Shown here: positions 29,991-39,956 of the stretch, one piece after another | How positions within the stretch are numbered: the stretch's first letter is position 1 | How the letters are laid out: each line of letters opens with the position of its first letter | IMG/VR virus record: IMGVR_UViG_3300022660_003376 | DNA from: an uncultured virus (IMG/VR IMGVR_UViG_3300022660_003376) | Lineage: Duplodnaviria > Heunggongvirae > Uroviricota > Caudoviricetes | Length of the DNA stretch: 64,000 nt | Direction: 5' to 3' (one strand) | The notes under the pieces: model-generated | The model's input: only the letters and a program-made list of their open reading frames with translations | Databases searched by the model: none | What the model was told of the DNA's origin: nothing | Translations under genes and position numbers: made by a program

Positions 29991-30085
29991 ATGATATTTT
30001 TAAAAATGCACTTGATACCGACCTATATAAGTAGTTGGGTAAGAGTAGTTAAAACTACTAGACTAATTATATGGAGGTGTTTTAT

Positions 30086-30913
30086 ATGCAGAGTTTGGAG
30101 CAGATTTTTGCAAAGGAATTCAAGCAAATGGTACAGGAGAGGCAGGCAATGTCTGGGGTACTAGACATAAGAGGAATAGCAGTGCCTAAGTTTGCTTGTG
30201 GCATAGACAGCAAAAGACGTATCTTAATCAAAGGAATAGACGATGAGTTCTATGGTAAACTCAACGATGAGCCTGTAGTTTACTGGGCAAGACCTAATCT
30301 TAGGAGACGTAAATTTGGTGCAGGGGGAGCATTTTTAAAAGATAAGAACGGAAACCTTATAATAGAAGACGTTGCTTTACCGCAGGGTAGTGTAGCTGTG
30401 ATATCGAAACGAAGAATAGGTGTGCCATTGAAGCATAAGCCTAGTGATGATGGTCTAAAATACATAGACTGTGTAGGTAAGAGTGAAAGCATAAAGTATA
30501 TTTATACAATACCTAAAAAGTACTGTTATTTAATGAAGCAGTGTGCGTTTGTTATAAGTCTTACGAGGCTTAGAAATTTTTATGCTGGTTGTTCAACAGT
30601 ATTGCAGAGTGGTCATACTGTATATGTATATGTAATACCATACAATCCTATGAAGGAGTCACACAATTACAGGGTACTGGCTACAAAAACGAGTTGTAAT
30701 TTCAAGGATGAGTTTAATCAGTTAATGCAATTTTGGATAGACAACAATATTACATTTAAAACTGCTGATACAATGTTGGTTGAACCGATAAACGGCTCAT
30801 ATAGTGTATCATTTCGTGAATTTCCAACGAGTATGACTGAGTTTATGAGTTATGATTTGGAGAAGTCGATGGCAGTGACAACTGAGGATTTAACGGATGC
30901 TGATATATTATAA
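30086..30913 (+). CDS. Hypothetical protein
   Basis: GGAGG before ATG 30086. Confidence 0.75.
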   Translation: MQSLEQIFAKEFKQMVQERQAMSGVLDIRGIAVPKFACGIDSKRRILIKGIDDEFYGKLNDEPVVYWARPNLRRRKFGAGGAFLKDKNGNLIIEDVALPQGSVAVISKRRIGVPLKHKPSDDGLKYIDCVGKSESIKYIYTIPKKYCYLMKQCAFVISLTRLRNFYAGCSTVLQSGHTVYVYVIPYNPMKESHNYRVLATKTSCNFKDEFNQLMQFWIDNNITFKTADTMLVEPINGSYSVSFREFPTSMTEFMSYDLEKSMAVTTEDLTDADIL

Positions 30914-30934
30914 TAGTTTTTAGGAGGTAATACT

Positions 30935-31228
30935 ATGATTGATGCAACGCTTTTTCAGACTAATTTTCATACACAGCCTTTGGAGGTAATGGGTGCAGGC
31001 TTACACAGATTTGATGTTTATGTGCAGACTGGTTCTTCATTAGCTAAGTATATTGTTTACGGAGAGGATTATAATGAGGCTATAAGGACATTCTGTTTTA
31101 GGTTTCAATTAAAGTATTCTGGTAAGAAGAAGTTCACAAATAGGGGAGTTCAGGCTTACAGGGTATCTGTAAGGGGTTTAAATCGCCTTAAAATATGTGA
31201 TGATTGTGTAATTAAGATGGTGATATAA
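30935..31228 (+). CDS. Hypothetical protein, 97 aa
   Basis: AGGAGG RBS. Confidence 0.7.
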   Translation: MIDATLFQTNFHTQPLEVMGAGLHRFDVYVQTGSSLAKYIVYGEDYNEAIRTFCFRFQLKYSGKKKFTNRGVQAYRVSVRGLNRLKICDDCVIKMVI

Positions 31229-31231
31229 ATA

Positions 31232-31507
31232 ATGAGTTATTTTGACGTTAAAGCGATGGTATTGACATCGCAGACAGTGGGTATATACGGTTCTGGTATA
31301 ACTGAATTTTGGTTAGTTCAGACTACACCACAGGGCTTATTGAGATATGTTATCAGAGCAATGAGTGCTTCAGACGCATTAGTTATTGCAGAGCAATGCA
31401 TAGGTACTCCTTTGGTAAGGTTTGATACTTTAGCAGACGGAAATATAAAAGTAGAATTTGCTGGTTTAAACATGAATGACTGGTATCTATTCACTGGATG
31501 GAATTGA
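31232..31507 (+). CDS. Hypothetical protein, 91 aa (weakly similar to 30935)
   Basis: Closely coupled ORF; VQT...L.(K/R)Y(I/V)(V/I) motif shared with 30935. Confidence 0.65.
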   Translation: MSYFDVKAMVLTSQTVGIYGSGITEFWLVQTTPQGLLRYVIRAMSASDALVIAEQCIGTPLVRFDTLADGNIKVEFAGLNMNDWYLFTGWN

Positions 31508-31562
31508 TGAAATAAAAATTCGAGATTTTTTGTTAGACCTGAAGAAATTTTGTAAGATACTA

Positions 31563-31591
31563 TTGACAATTAATAAGTTTTATGTTATAAT
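31563..31591 (+). promoter_or_regulatory. Consensus sigmaA promoter with extended -10
   Basis: TTGACA-17 bp-TATAAT, TGtTATAAT. Confidence 0.85.
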
Positions 31592-31619
31592 ATAACTATG
31601 AAAAGGAGGTATTAATACT

Positions 31620-32018
31620 ATGCTACAAGAAAATACGGCTTATATCAAGGTCTTTGGTTCACAAGGCTGTGCTATAATGTACAACAATGTAACTTACAGA
31701 TTTGATATGATAGGTAACTTTATTGGTGTTGTACCGTCAATTTGTATTGGTTGTGTGCCAGTGAGTATTGTGAGCATAGCAACTTGCTCAGGGTATTGTG
31801 AGATTGGTGTTTCTATCGGAAATACTTTTAAAAAATACACTAGCGAGTTGTCAATACCAGAAATATTGGGTAGTATATCGAAGTTCGATTTTTATTCTAG
31901 ACTGTTACGAAGAAATGTAACTGTAGGGGATAAGACTATAAGACAAGTTCTTTTAGTATGCAATACCAATTCAAATCCAATGTTATATTTAGAGAGACTA
32001 AAACTTAAAGAGGGGTAG
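31620..32018 (+). CDS. Hypothetical protein, 132 aa
   Basis: AAGGAGGT RBS downstream of promoter. Confidence 0.75.
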   Translation: MLQENTAYIKVFGSQGCAIMYNNVTYRFDMIGNFIGVVPSICIGCVPVSIVSIATCSGYCEIGVSIGNTFKKYTSELSIPEILGSISKFDFYSRLLRRNVTVGDKTIRQVLLVCNTNSNPMLYLERLKLKEG

Positions 32019-32023
32019 TAGAG

Positions 32024-33559
32024 ATGTTTGTTACAATTTCGGGTTTACGACAAGGAATTGAAATAGATAGAGATAGATTAAAAGAGTGTCTAACGAGATA
32101 CAACTGTATCTTGTCTAATGCTTCAATGCAGTTATATAATGAGGCGTATTTAAGTACGCCTGAGTTTGATGAAAAGGAAGTTAAACTTGCAATAACACAG
32201 GAGTTCCCAGAGTTTTGTAAGTATTTAATGGACGTAAGTACAGGCGAGTATCCTTGGAGCAGGGATATGCTTACTTACGCTAAGTTGAAAACAAGAAGTA
32301 TGGAAGGCGGTGCGGAGTTTGGAAGAATACTGTCTATATTTTCTGAGGCTTTATTAGCAAAGGAAAACGTGGGTATTTTAACAAATATCGTTAAGAGAAT
32401 AGCGATGCATTCTTCTAGACCACAAATTATTAAGCCGAGATTCAGTACTAGTTGTTGGCTAACTGACTTATCTGTGTACGGTTGCAACTCAGACATATTT
32501 ATCGATATCTTGAAAAGAAATCAAAACACAGAAATCCAGTGTATTGATACTCGAATTTACATGAGAGACTACATAATAACAAAGTATATGGGTATCTCTC
32601 AGGAGAAGTTAGATGCAAGTACAGGCTCAAGTGGGTTCTTCATAAAGGGTATTTCTAGGGATGAGGAACTGAGTTTGATACATTTAATAGCTACAAATTC
32701 TGTTGAGTGTGATACAAAGTTTGGTCAAAGATACACAAAGAAGCGTAATGCAGAGTACAAAGAAGATTTTGAAAGCATGCATGTGCAGACTAGACCTGCA
32801 TTTGATACACAGGTGTTTGTAGATACACTTGATATCAGAAACGAAGCCATAAGTAAGGAAAGGGATAAACTTAAGGCACAGGGTTTAAGTTATAAGTCAT
32901 TCTTCATAACACCTTATGCGGTGTATCTCGAAGTTAGCAATCCTACAGCCAAAGGAGATACAAGACAAGCATTAACTGGTTCAGGTCAGTATATAATTGA
33001 TGCTTGTGGCGAAGTTGATTTACAGTTACACAACTTAATATCGGGTATTTCGGGTGAGTTTATATCCAAGAAACAAGTTGAAAAGAAAGGGTATCATCCT
33101 ATTGCTTCACCTGTGCAGATAAAACATCTCACATACAAGGCAGATGGAAGTGTTAATATTACGCAGATACCTTATTACAGATTATCTGATGTACTTTACA
33201 ACGATGCTAAGAATGCAGACGGCGAATACATCTCAAAACAAATAGACTCATCAATAAAGACGGGTACATTGAAGTATGTATCTGAAGAAGATATTCTTAA
33301 ACACTTTAATGCTAAGGATAGACTAGATTTATTTGATGTAATAAGAGGTAAAGTACGCTTACATTCTCCTGAGTGCTTTAAGACTTACTACAGAGATTTT
33401 GTTGCCGATTTAGTATGTGCTTATTTATATTTAAATTTAGCGAATACTGAGTATGTATTCAGAAATTCGTTTTATGAGTATCTTCCAGAGTCAGCACGAA
33501 ACAAGGCATTTTTGGAGGCAGAAAGAATTTACCAGACTCATAAAAACAGTATAAGTTAA
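32024..33559 (+). CDS. Hypothetical protein; possibly inactivated family A DNA polymerase fold
   Basis: GIEIDRDRL, IKPRF and CIDTRIY occur in PolA-like order; catalytic motifs not intact. Confidence 0.35.
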   Translation: MFVTISGLRQGIEIDRDRLKECLTRYNCILSNASMQLYNEAYLSTPEFDEKEVKLAITQEFPEFCKYLMDVSTGEYPWSRDMLTYAKLKTRSMEGGAEFGRILSIFSEALLAKENVGILTNIVKRIAMHSSRPQIIKPRFSTSCWLTDLSVYGCNSDIFIDILKRNQNTEIQCIDTRIYMRDYIITKYMGISQEKLDASTGSSGFFIKGISRDEELSLIHLIATNSVECDTKFGQRYTKKRNAEYKEDFESMHVQTRPAFDTQVFVDTLDIRNEAISKERDKLKAQGLSYKSFFITPYAVYLEVSNPTAKGDTRQALTGSGQYIIDACGEVDLQLHNLISGISGEFISKKQVEKKGYHPIASPVQIKHLTYKADGSVNITQIPYYRLSDVLYNDAKNADGEYISKQIDSSIKTGTLKYVSEEDILKHFNAKDRLDLFDVIRGKVRLHSPECFKTYYRDFVADLVCAYLYLNLANTEYVFRNSFYEYLPESARNKAFLEAERIYQTHKNSIS

Positions 33560-33567
33560 AAATAACT

Positions 33568-33602
33568 ATAACCTAGTTCTTAATTAGAGCTAGGTTATTT
33601 TT
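33568..33602 (+). terminator. Intrinsic terminator
   Basis: ataacctagttct/agagctaggttat followed by T tract. Confidence 0.75.
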
Positions 33603-33704
33603 GCTTGAATTTGATTTAGGTTTTAAATTTAATGATTTCTACATATAGATATTGATATATTAAAAAATAGACTATATTTGTATGAATATGATGGAGGTGG
33701 CATA

Positions 33705-34262
33705 ATGACACATACAAGACAAGGGTATTTATTCAATGCACAGCGATGCGGTAACATGTTTGGCATTATGGAGGAGTATAAGGTCAAATATGTAGGCACA
33801 ACAATACGAGTTAAAGCATTATTCGGAGTAGACAAACACGGTATTCCATTATCTTCGAGCATTTTCAGAGACGGTAGGTTTGTATCGTTATCCACACATT
33901 TAGCTAATAGTGCGGATTATGTTGTTGAGTTTGATAAGTTTTTAAACTCACACAAGCCGACTTACTCGTTGTGTGATGGTTTATTTATAATGTGTTCTCT
34001 TGAAGGCTGTTATGATACGGCTACGCAGACATGGTTAGCAGACAAAACAAACTTAGACATGTTTATGGTAAAAGCGGTAACAGATACTAAATATGGTTTC
34101 TCTGCTTTATGTAATATAATAAAGACAACTACTGGTTTAAATACTAACTGTGTAACACCGTCAATATATACTATGTACTACAATACGATACTGGGTAATA
34201 TGGTTCAGTGCATACAGAACCGTTCTGCGTTTATATCTAACAGATTGAGACTAATGAACTAG
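33705..34262 (+). CDS. Hypothetical protein
   Basis: GGAGG before ATG 33705. Confidence 0.7.
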   Translation: MTHTRQGYLFNAQRCGNMFGIMEEYKVKYVGTTIRVKALFGVDKHGIPLSSSIFRDGRFVSLSTHLANSADYVVEFDKFLNSHKPTYSLCDGLFIMCSLEGCYDTATQTWLADKTNLDMFMVKAVTDTKYGFSALCNIIKTTTGLNTNCVTPSIYTMYYNTILGNMVQCIQNRSAFISNRLRLMN

Positions 34263-34391
34263 GTTACTTTATGCTACAATTTCGGGGTATGTTTACTGCC
34301 AGATGTAAGGCATACATATTTAATGATATTTTGTGTGATATTCGTTATAAATAATATAAATTAAAATTTATCCTGAAATGAGGTATAATAT

Positions 34392-35693
34392 ATGAACGAA
34401 GACATGGAAAAAGTATATGGCTTAAAGGGTCTTGTGAAGTCATTTGCTATAGATAATGAGTTTACGAGAATACTTAATAAAGGCTGTAATATGATGGGTA
34501 GTAACCTTAAATGCTTTGCTATGGGTTGCTCTCCACAGCAAGACAAATGGGGAGTTACTGATTTAGCCGAGTTTAATGGTTTTTATGATTCCTCAAAGAG
34601 TTTGTTTGATGAGATAGTAGCCTACCGTAGACAAGTATACTCTAATGTATATTCTGGTTTAGCGGACACTCCAGCGATAAACGTGGCTTTATTTTATGAC
34701 TATTTACTTTCAGTATCTGCTTGTTATGTTGAGTATGCGAGGGTAGTAACAAAGGGTAATACTACGCAGAAGAAGTATTTCAAGGGTATATACACAAAGA
34801 ACCCTGCGATAATGGCATCATGGATGGGTACATCTGCTAATGAGATGCAGGCTAAATACGGCTCAAAGGTTTCGCAGTTACCATCAGACTTTGCAACTAG
34901 CAGGGTAAAAGTAGTTTGTCTTGATACTAGTAAGGGTAGTAACACAATTAAAGTACCGAGAGAAGCTCTTGATTGTTCTAGTATCACGTGCGTACCGTTG
35001 TTTATGCAGTATGCATTTATCTGTGGTATTTGGACAAGACTTGAAAAGGGTATCTTAAAATTCACATATTTAAAGGATAATGATACTGAAAGAGAGTTAT
35101 GTTCAACTGTAAACTTTGAGATACTGCGAGATTACTATGATGATAAATTTATATATCATATGTTGACTGGCGTAGACGCTTTTTCAGTAAATCAGGGCGG
35201 TATGCAGTTGTCAGCGAAGCAGTCCAGAGGGTATGTTCGTCTACCAGAGTTAGGTTGTTCAAAATTTGATAAGTCGGGTGTAAGAGCACTTAATATATGC
35301 AGGCTGTTGGGTGTTGAGGAGATAGACTCAGTGCCGAGAACGTTTATAAACGTTAATCTTGATGATGTTGTACCTAATTTCAAGGTATATGTTGATAAAT
35401 TGCTTTACAGTAATTCAGATATGCTGTACGACATGGCTAGTGCCTTATTCAATGAGACAGTATCGCCTGATGACGATAGTGCAGTAGTTGTTGCAAACAG
35501 GCTGACGGAATATGCAACTAGCAACGAGGTGATTCTTACAACAACATTCAGACGTTCTCTGCATATGTTTATGATATCAAATCCGCAGTGGTTTGACAAT
35601 TATACAGGTGAGATGTTTGTGGGTACTAATGATGAGCAGGCTAGACCGAAGACACAGAGCGTAGGAATTACTGAAGAGTACATGGATTTTTAG
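34392..35693 (+). CDS. Protein with WYL_2/DUF2693-like Sm/SH3-fold domain(s); paralog of 38224
   Basis: LEKGILKFTYLKDNDTERELCST resembles DUF2693; PELGCSKFDKSGVRALN matches PSVGASIYSSGVTNIN of 38224. Confidence 0.5.
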   Translation: MNEDMEKVYGLKGLVKSFAIDNEFTRILNKGCNMMGSNLKCFAMGCSPQQDKWGVTDLAEFNGFYDSSKSLFDEIVAYRRQVYSNVYSGLADTPAINVALFYDYLLSVSACYVEYARVVTKGNTTQKKYFKGIYTKNPAIMASWMGTSANEMQAKYGSKVSQLPSDFATSRVKVVCLDTSKGSNTIKVPREALDCSSITCVPLFMQYAFICGIWTRLEKGILKFTYLKDNDTERELCSTVNFEILRDYYDDKFIYHMLTGVDAFSVNQGGMQLSAKQSRGYVRLPELGCSKFDKSGVRALNICRLLGVEEIDSVPRTFINVNLDDVVPNFKVYVDKLLYSNSDMLYDMASALFNETVSPDDDSAVVVANRLTEYATSNEVILTTTFRRSLHMFMISNPQWFDNYTGEMFVGTNDEQARPKTQSVGITEEYMDF

Positions 35694-35798
35694 ATGTGTT
35701 AAACAGCTTAATCATTAATGAAAATAAATGAGTTTGCTATAGTATGATATAGTGGATTTAAATACTGTGTTTAGATAGCAAACGGAAAGGTATGCGAT

Positions 35799-37145
35799 AT
35801 GTTTTATATAAGTAGTGTAAACGGAAATCAAATCGGGGTATATGATACAGATGACAAGGTAGAGGAGACTGTAACCTCTGCCGAACTTTGTGAGTACATG
35901 TCATTGGGTATTGCGATAGTCGGTGCAGTTATGGAAGGTAGTGTGGTTTCCTTAACTGTACACGAAAATACAGGAGCAGAGGATAGTATAGCACCAACAA
36001 TCAGAAAGCCAAACAGATATAGTTTTGATATGTCTAAGGGTGGTGAGATACTGGCAGAGGTAGAGGAAACAGAGGTTATCGAAGAAGATGACTTGGATGA
36101 TGATAGTATCCCTATGGAAGAGCCAGAGACTGTGGAAGTTGAAGAGGAAGATGATGATATTCCTATGGTAGAGTCAGAGACTGAAGAAGATGATGTGGAT
36201 GATGATTGGGATACTCCTATGGTAGAGTCAGAGACTGAAGAAGATGATGTTGAAGAGGATATTCCAGCAGTTACTGAGACAGAAGATATTCCAGAATATG
36301 AAGATATTCCAGAATATGAAGATATTCCAGAAGTTGAAGAGGATATTCCAGCAGTTACTGAGACAGAAGATATTCCAGAATATGAAGATATTCCAGATGT
36401 TGAAGAGGATATTCCAGCAGTTACTGAGACAGAAGATATTCCAGAGTATGAAGAAGATACTGTAGAAGATGTAGACACAATAGGTATCGACTCAGAAAGC
36501 AAACAATCTGAGGGTACTCCTAAAGTAAATACATCAGACATAATTCAAGTAACACCAAAAGAAAGCACTAGGGTATCAGAGTTCGATGACTTGCAGAGAT
36601 TAATAAACAATATCGTTAAGTCACAGCTAAACAGTACTACAGACGAAGTGCAAAAATGTGATAAAGCCGATATAGTTGTGAGTGTCAATGAAAACCCGAA
36701 GGCTAAAATGGATAAATCAGATTTTGAACTCACGGAAGCTCAGATGGAACTTATTCGAAGCCACAATTTAATTTTAATAATACGTGATACTACAACCTGT
36801 GCGGAGGAGCGTTACACATTTGAGGAGACACCTATAAGAAGCAGACTTCTCACAGGTAGTCTTGTTGTATTTGCTTGTAGTGATGACTATTTATACTTTG
36901 TGGGTAGGGATATACGCATATCGTTACCTAGCAATGTAATCGCAGATTACGAAGTGAAGGATACATTACTTTATGCGTTAGATACAATAATTGATGTATC
37001 AGACGGAAAACAGTCTGATGTTTCTCTGTATGGTAAGTGTACAGGTAAGGGAAACTGTAATATACAGGTTTTTGCACCATTCGCAGACGAACTTGGTCTG
37101 GATGGTCAGAGATACGAAGTTATCTTTACTTATAGAAAAGAATAA
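35799..37145 (+). CDS. Protein with N-terminal GVxDTDD domain and acidic tandem repeats
   Basis: IGVYDTDDKVEE shared with 37752; EEDIPAVTETEDIPEY repeats. Confidence 0.75.
   Translation: MFYISSVNGNQIGVYDTDDKVEETVTSAELCEYMSLGIAIVGAVMEGSVVSLTVHENTGAEDSIAPTIRKPNRYSFDMSKGGEILAEVEETEVIEEDDLDDDSIPMEEPETVEVEEEDDDIPMVESETEEDDVDDDWDTPMVESETEEDDVEEDIPAVTETEDIPEYEDIPEYEDIPEVEEDIPAVTETEDIPEYEDIPDVEEDIPAVTETEDIPEYEEDTVEDVDTIGIDSESKQSEGTPKVNTSDIIQVTPKESTRVSEFDDLQRLINNIVKSQLNSTTDEVQKCDKADIVVSVNENPKAKMDKSDFELTEAQMELIRSHNLILIIRDTTTCAEERYTFEETPIRSRLLTGSLVVFACSDDYLYFVGRDIRISLPSNVIADYEVKDTLLYALDTIIDVSDGKQSDVSLYGKCTGKGNCNIQVFAPFADELGLDGQRYEVIFTYRKE
36155..36460 (+). repeat. Intragenic tandem repeats (PMVESETEEDDV x2; EEDIPAVTETEDIPEY x3)
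   Basis: Near-identical nucleotide copies of gttgaagaggatattccagcagttactgagacagaagatattccaga. Confidence 0.9.
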
Positions 37146-37182
37146 AATCTCTGAGATTTCTTAAAAATATGTTAGTTACATA

Positions 37183-37211
37183 TTGACAAATCTAAGATTT
37201 TATGGTATAAT
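37183..37211 (+). promoter_or_regulatory. Consensus sigmaA promoter with extended -10
   Basis: TTGACA-17 bp-TATAAT, TGgTATAAT. Confidence 0.85.
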
Positions 37212-37266
37212 ATAGGTATAGATAAAGTACGCAAATTATATTAAATTAAATTCGGAGGTGTCACAT

Positions 37267-37563
37267 ATGACTAACAGAAACGCTTCTAGGGCGTATCATT
37301 CTGTTTCGCACCAGATTGATATTGCCAAGAGTATTTCAAGAAAATCGGAATTTGACTCAATTTGCCTGATTCTAGGTAGATTGACATTCTTTATCCTAGC
37401 CATTGTACTAGGGTATCATACCTTTATATTGGTATTTGATGATATACTGAGATTGTGTAAGGGCATCTTAGTTTTTACTGTAAACAATATTCCTATATTG
37501 TCGCTATCGGCTATAGGCATATTTGCTTTTAGCAGAATTTTGAGGGATAGCAAGCACAAGTAA
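37267..37563 (+). CDS. Small two-TM membrane protein
   Basis: GGAGG before ATG 37267; two hydrophobic segments; monocistronic. Confidence 0.7.
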   Translation: MTNRNASRAYHSVSHQIDIAKSISRKSEFDSICLILGRLTFFILAIVLGYHTFILVFDDILRLCKGILVFTVNNIPILSLSAIGIFAFSRILRDSKHK

Positions 37564-37572
37564 TTACAAAGG

Positions 37573-37603
37573 AAGACTAGTCTACAATGGACTAGTCTTT
37601 TTT
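37573..37603 (+). terminator. Intrinsic terminator
   Basis: aagactagtc/gactagtctttttt. Confidence 0.8.
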
Positions 37604-37751
37604 ATTTATGAGTATTTTTGTCGGAATAGCGGATAAAGCGTTTTGTTGGGATATCAGCTTTATATTTTATTAGATTTATTTTGGAGAGTGCAATATTATT
37701 TTAAGTATGTACTTGGTTATAAACGAAAAAATAAAATATGGAGGTTTTGAT

Positions 37752-38207
37752 ATGTTTATAGTAATTGCTAAGACGGCATCATTATATGGTGTAATAGATA
37801 CAGATGATTTAGTTGTTGATTGGTTTGATGCCACCACTTTAAGAGAGTATGCGACTGAACTCAACATAGAGATACATGGGGTTACGAAGACTGGGGAAAT
37901 CTATGTAAATCAGGCATATTATATGCCTTTTTATGAGGTAAAATTAAATCGTGTATCTATGGATATATTCTCTATGACGACTGCAATACGTTCAGGTGTA
38001 AGAGGTGTAGTAGAGTTTGCAGTAGCTCAGAAGTTATACAAAATGCGTTTACTCATAAAGACACCTGTGCAGATGGGAAAGAGTTATATGATTGGGGATA
38101 GGAAATTAATTGCTGAAATGGACGGGCACTTAGTTAAGCTGAGTAACGGTATATGCACAATACTACCGCCAAACGTATTTAGCAAATTTGCAAATTACTT
38201 TAAATAG
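37752..38207 (+). CDS. Hypothetical protein with N-terminal GVxDTDD domain
   Basis: YGVIDTDDLVVD...LREY...IEIHGV; GGAGG before ATG 37752. Confidence 0.75.
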   Translation: MFIVIAKTASLYGVIDTDDLVVDWFDATTLREYATELNIEIHGVTKTGEIYVNQAYYMPFYEVKLNRVSMDIFSMTTAIRSGVRGVVEFAVAQKLYKMRLLIKTPVQMGKSYMIGDRKLIAEMDGHLVKLSNGICTILPPNVFSKFANYFK

Positions 38208-38223
38208 GGGGGTACTTTAAAAA

Positions 38224-39861
38224 ATGTTAGCTAGAAATCACATATGCCTTTTGCAGAGTCAATATTTCAAGCAGTTGCAGGAGCAACATATGCAGACAGG
38301 CTTACGAGGGGATAATATTTCTGTTTTGCTTTCAATACCAGATATGTTTGCAAGAAACAACTCTATGATGTATGATTTTGCATGCGAAAGTTATAAGTTA
38401 TTTGTTAGCAAGGGTTTTTGTTCACCTGATATATTTCAGACTAATTATATGCAGTTAGCTATATACGGCGTAACGCTGAGTAATTATTTTATAGGTTTTA
38501 ACTTAGAGACTGAGGAGGCTGATTTATACACTTCGTCTTATTATTTACTTACTCAATTGGCGACAAGAGGTCTGTTGATGGGTAAGAGAACGGCAATAGC
38601 GACTGAGATGGCTACAATAGAGGAAGTTTTGGTATCTGGCAACAGAATAGCGAGAAGTCTTAAAGAGGGCGACAGAATACAGGCTGTAAGACTGGATTAT
38701 GAGTATACAAGTGGCAAGTTAATATTCAAGCCTACAGTTCCACGTTCTCAATTAGACTTTAAGAGATATTGCTTTGTAGCGTTACCTGCGGTGCAACAGG
38801 CGATGACTACGTTAAACGAGCAGATACAGGACAAAGTTTTAGAGGTAACAATGGGTGATAAGATACGTTATATCACAAAGAGTTTCCCTATATTATCAAT
38901 GGTATATGGCGAGCAGAGGGCTAAACATCTTATAACGGCAACATTTGATTCGAGGACATTTAGATTCCTTGCACCAAGTGTAGGTGCGAGTATATATTCA
39001 TCGGGTGTTACCAATATAAACTTAGCTTTAGTCGATAGGATTAGGGTAGCGACATTGAGTGATATAGATTTGAGTGAGGTTAAGTTAGATACTTCTAGAG
39101 CAGTAGATTACATTAAGGATAAAATACCTAATTTAAACGAGCAGGCTTTAAGGGAAGTTGCAGAATATCTGGGTATCTCTATAAGAAACTACAGTAACTT
39201 AGACTGCTTACAAATATTTAAAAATGGTTTGGCTATGGTATCAAATCACCGAGCGTATGGTGCAATCAAGGAGTTCCCACAATACTTTAACATGGCTGAG
39301 TTCAAAGGGTATGCTCCAAGGTATTCTAGTGGTGAACAGGTAGACATACCGCAAACAATGCAGGAGTTAGATGAACTATTTAAGACAGGTATATTTAGGG
39401 TTATGTTGAGGACAAAGAAGGGTAGTATGACATCTATAGTATGCACAAACTCCTCAAAGTGTTTGGCTCAGATATATGGTTCTGATTATTATGCTAAGTT
39501 TGAGTCAGCTGGAAATAAGCTAAGAAGACTTGATTATATTGTAAAGACAAAATATGCTGATGGCATAGACACAGATACTTTAAATAATTTAATAAGGTCG
39601 TATAATTTAGTTGGCGAAGTGCAGGAGATGTTTGAGTTAGTTGACGATTATGATACTGTAACATATGACATGGTGCATAAGGCGATTGCAAGGGAGTTAT
39701 ATCTTATACAGGAGAGAACAACTGTAATAAAGCAGACAGACCTTATAACCGTTAGAAACTGTGAATGTGACGTAGATAATCCTGTTCCTGCAACATTTTA
39801 CAAATCAATAAATCCGAGAGCAATTACGGGTATTGTTAGATTAAGTAGAAATCAGTCATAA
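38224..39861 (+). CDS. Protein with repeated WYL_2-like domains; paralog of 34392
   Basis: FKTGIFRVMLRTKKGSMTSIVCTNS; shared block with 34392. Confidence 0.5.
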   Translation: MLARNHICLLQSQYFKQLQEQHMQTGLRGDNISVLLSIPDMFARNNSMMYDFACESYKLFVSKGFCSPDIFQTNYMQLAIYGVTLSNYFIGFNLETEEADLYTSSYYLLTQLATRGLLMGKRTAIATEMATIEEVLVSGNRIARSLKEGDRIQAVRLDYEYTSGKLIFKPTVPRSQLDFKRYCFVALPAVQQAMTTLNEQIQDKVLEVTMGDKIRYITKSFPILSMVYGEQRAKHLITATFDSRTFRFLAPSVGASIYSSGVTNINLALVDRIRVATLSDIDLSEVKLDTSRAVDYIKDKIPNLNEQALREVAEYLGISIRNYSNLDCLQIFKNGLAMVSNHRAYGAIKEFPQYFNMAEFKGYAPRYSSGEQVDIPQTMQELDELFKTGIFRVMLRTKKGSMTSIVCTNSSKCLAQIYGSDYYAKFESAGNKLRRLDYIVKTKYADGIDTDTLNNLIRSYNLVGEVQEMFELVDDYDTVTYDMVHKAIARELYLIQERTTVIKQTDLITVRNCECDVDNPVPATFYKSINPRAITGIVRLSRNQS

Positions 39862-39865
39862 AAGT

Positions 39866-39903
39866 AAAGAACTGCCTAGTTTTTCAATTAGGTAGTTCTT
39901 TTT
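39866..39903 (+). terminator. Intrinsic terminator
   Basis: aaagaactgccta/taggtagttcttt. Confidence 0.75.
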
Positions 39904-39956
39904 ATGTGTAAAATAAAAATATATCTTTGGGAGAAAAAATAAGGAGGTGTTTATTA

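Noticed and set aside
29946..30164. 72-aa ORF bridging the exonuclease and 30086
   Set aside because: Runs through a terminator hairpin and has no RBS
33888..33896. Perfect DnaA box TTATCCACA
   Set aside because: Single copy inside a coding region; no cluster
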